Part shown: in pieces, positions 62,662 to 64,000 of the stretch | Layout of the letters: the number at the start of each line of letters is the position of its first letter | Numbering within the stretch: the first letter of the stretch is position 1 | Assembly (NCBI GenBank): GCA_951406725.2 | Contig: OX597828.1 | Span: forward strand, 682,001 to 746,000 | Length of the DNA: 64,000 nt | DNA from: Octopus vulgaris | Lineage: Eukaryota | Direction of reading: 5' to 3' | The notes under the pieces: model-generated | Seen by the model: only the letters and a program-made list of their open reading frames with translations | Told to the model about the DNA's origin: nothing | Databases searched by the model: none | Made by a program: the position numbers and the translations under genes

Positions 62662-64000
62662 ATGGACCACCCCTCCCTAATGGAGGAGTCGGAGGAGGAA
62701 TGGTTATTCGAGACCTTGTCAGAAGCATCGATCTCTGAGGACGAGCTGATCGGCGCTGTGAATAATATGGACATTAAAACCGGGAAAACGTACGCTGGAG
62801 CAGCAAAAAAGAAGACGACAGAGGAAAAGGAGATAAGTCTAGAAAAGTTGCCAGGTTTTCAAGCATACATAACTAAAGAAGGTGGTGAGGTAGAACTACT
62901 TCCACCAGAGAAACGAGAAGAATGGTTTATGAAGAGAATTATAAAATACCAGACACATGGAAAAGATAACAAGAAAGTAGAAATAATAAAAATGGAAGTT
63001 ATTGAGGAGGCGCTAAGGAGAGAGGAGGAAGAAATCATATACATGGCAAGAGGAAACGAGTTCGGAACTATAATAGTGCAATTTGAAAACAAAAATATAG
63101 CAAGGAAAATAGCAACGAAGACAATAAAAACTGAAAAAGTAACATTATTACCCTCATACATGAACCAAAGAATAAAGAGAATAAGAGTTGAAGGGATACC
63201 CCCCCCCCACATAGAGGGTGAATGGGTCGTCGCGGCGATTATAAAAGATGCGGAAGAAGAGACGGACATTTTGCAAGCGACCGTAAAAAATGATGGTTGG
63301 CGTGGCAAAATGCTAGAGATGAGCGTTCAAGCAGAGGAGGGTGCACTAGAAAAGATGGCGGACAACATAATCTTGGGGAATATAGTAATGAGAGTGTGGG
63401 TGGAGGGCAGAGCACCAAGATGTTATAAGTGTGGACTGAGGGGCCACATAAGAGCCTACTGCCCTCCCCCACAAGAAGAAACTGTAAACCAGGAAAAAGA
63501 GGAGGTGGAGCAGGAAAAAGTTGAGGAGGAAGAAACGGAGGAGGAGAAGGAAGCCCAGACGAAATGGGAGAATGTAAGGAAAAAAAGAAAAAGAAAGAAA
63601 TCGAACTATGTCGAACCCCAACCCACCCCAACACCACCCGCACCCTCTGAGCCCCATCCTTCCCCTGCAAACAAAGATCCCACCCACTCCCCGCCTACAA
63701 GAAAACCAAAAAACGCAGACACACAAAGTAAACAAGATCCCAAGTCCCATTTTTTATGTTTTGTAAAAAAGGAAGACAATGAGAACTCGGAAAGAATCTT
63801 TTGTAAAGATGCATGGTATGAGGGAGACGATGGGAGTTACATGGTGATGGCAGATGAAGTAATGGACACAATGATGATGTTGTGTGTAAATGAGGGTGAA
63901 AAAGTGATTAAGGTGGAATTTTCGGATGAGAAGATAAAAGAGTATGAAAGGATATTTGAGAAAATGATAAGAAAAGAGGGGCTTTTGATTGAAGATGATA
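62662..64000 (+). CDS. Intact L1/Tx1-type ORF1 (gag-like, CCHC zinc knuckle), at least 446 aa, open at the window end
   Basis: Manual translation shows no stop from ATG 62662: MDHPSLMEESEEEWLF..KTYAGAAK..VEGRAPRCYKCGLRGHIRAYC, then acidic, basic and Pro-rich tracts; not in the ORF track, presumably because it has no stop in the window. Confidence 0.85.
   Translation, partial: MDHPSLMEESEEEWLFETLSEASISEDELIGAVNNMDIKTGKTYAGAAKKKTTEEKEISLEKLPGFQAYITKEGGEVELLPPEKREEWFMKRIIKYQTHGKDNKKVEIIKMEVIEEALRREEEEIIYMARGNEFGTIIVQFENKNIARKIATKTIKTEKVTLLPSYMNQRIKRIRVEGIPPPHIEGEWVVAAIIKDAEEETDILQATVKNDGWRGKMLEMSVQAEEGALEKMADNIILGNIVMRVWVEGRAPRCYKCGLRGHIRAYCPPPQEETVNQEKEEVEQEKVEEEETEEEKEAQTKWENVRKKRKRKKSNYVEPQPTPTPPAPSEPHPSPANKDPTHSPPTRKPKNADTQSKQDPKSHFLCFVKKEDNENSERIFCKDAWYEGDDGSYMVMADEVMDTMMMLCVNEGEKVIKVEFSDEKIKEYERIFEKMIRKEGLLIEDD

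Overview
Eukaryotic, AT-rich and extremely repeat-dense DNA. The SINE families, RTE tails and microsatellite load suggest an octopod/cephalopod genome (inference from recalled repeat types, not checked). Nearly all long ORFs in the track are either microsatellite artefacts or decayed transposon genes. One host gene is well supported: a plus-strand WD40-repeat gene with five phase-compatible coding exons (34998-57896, one GC-AG intron) that the ORF track does not show as a gene and that probably continues past the window. Mobile elements: a near full-length RTE LINE (PHD finger inside the RT, structured repeat array in the 3' UTR), a CR1-group LINE, CRE and R4/Dong-like fragments, several Penelope-like remnants with hammerhead-ribozyme motifs, a complete Gypsy LTR element (5-bp TSD, tRNA-Leu PBS), Tc1/mariner, Merlin and hAT remnants/MITEs, non-autonomous Helitron-type elements, tRNA-derived SINEs, and an intact L1/Tx1-type ORF1 running off the right end. 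No prokaryotic system or CRISPR array is present. The best novelty leads are RNA-level: a tandem pseudoknot+hairpin module in RTE 3' ends, and hammerhead-associated fold-back mini-elements inserted in (TA)n.
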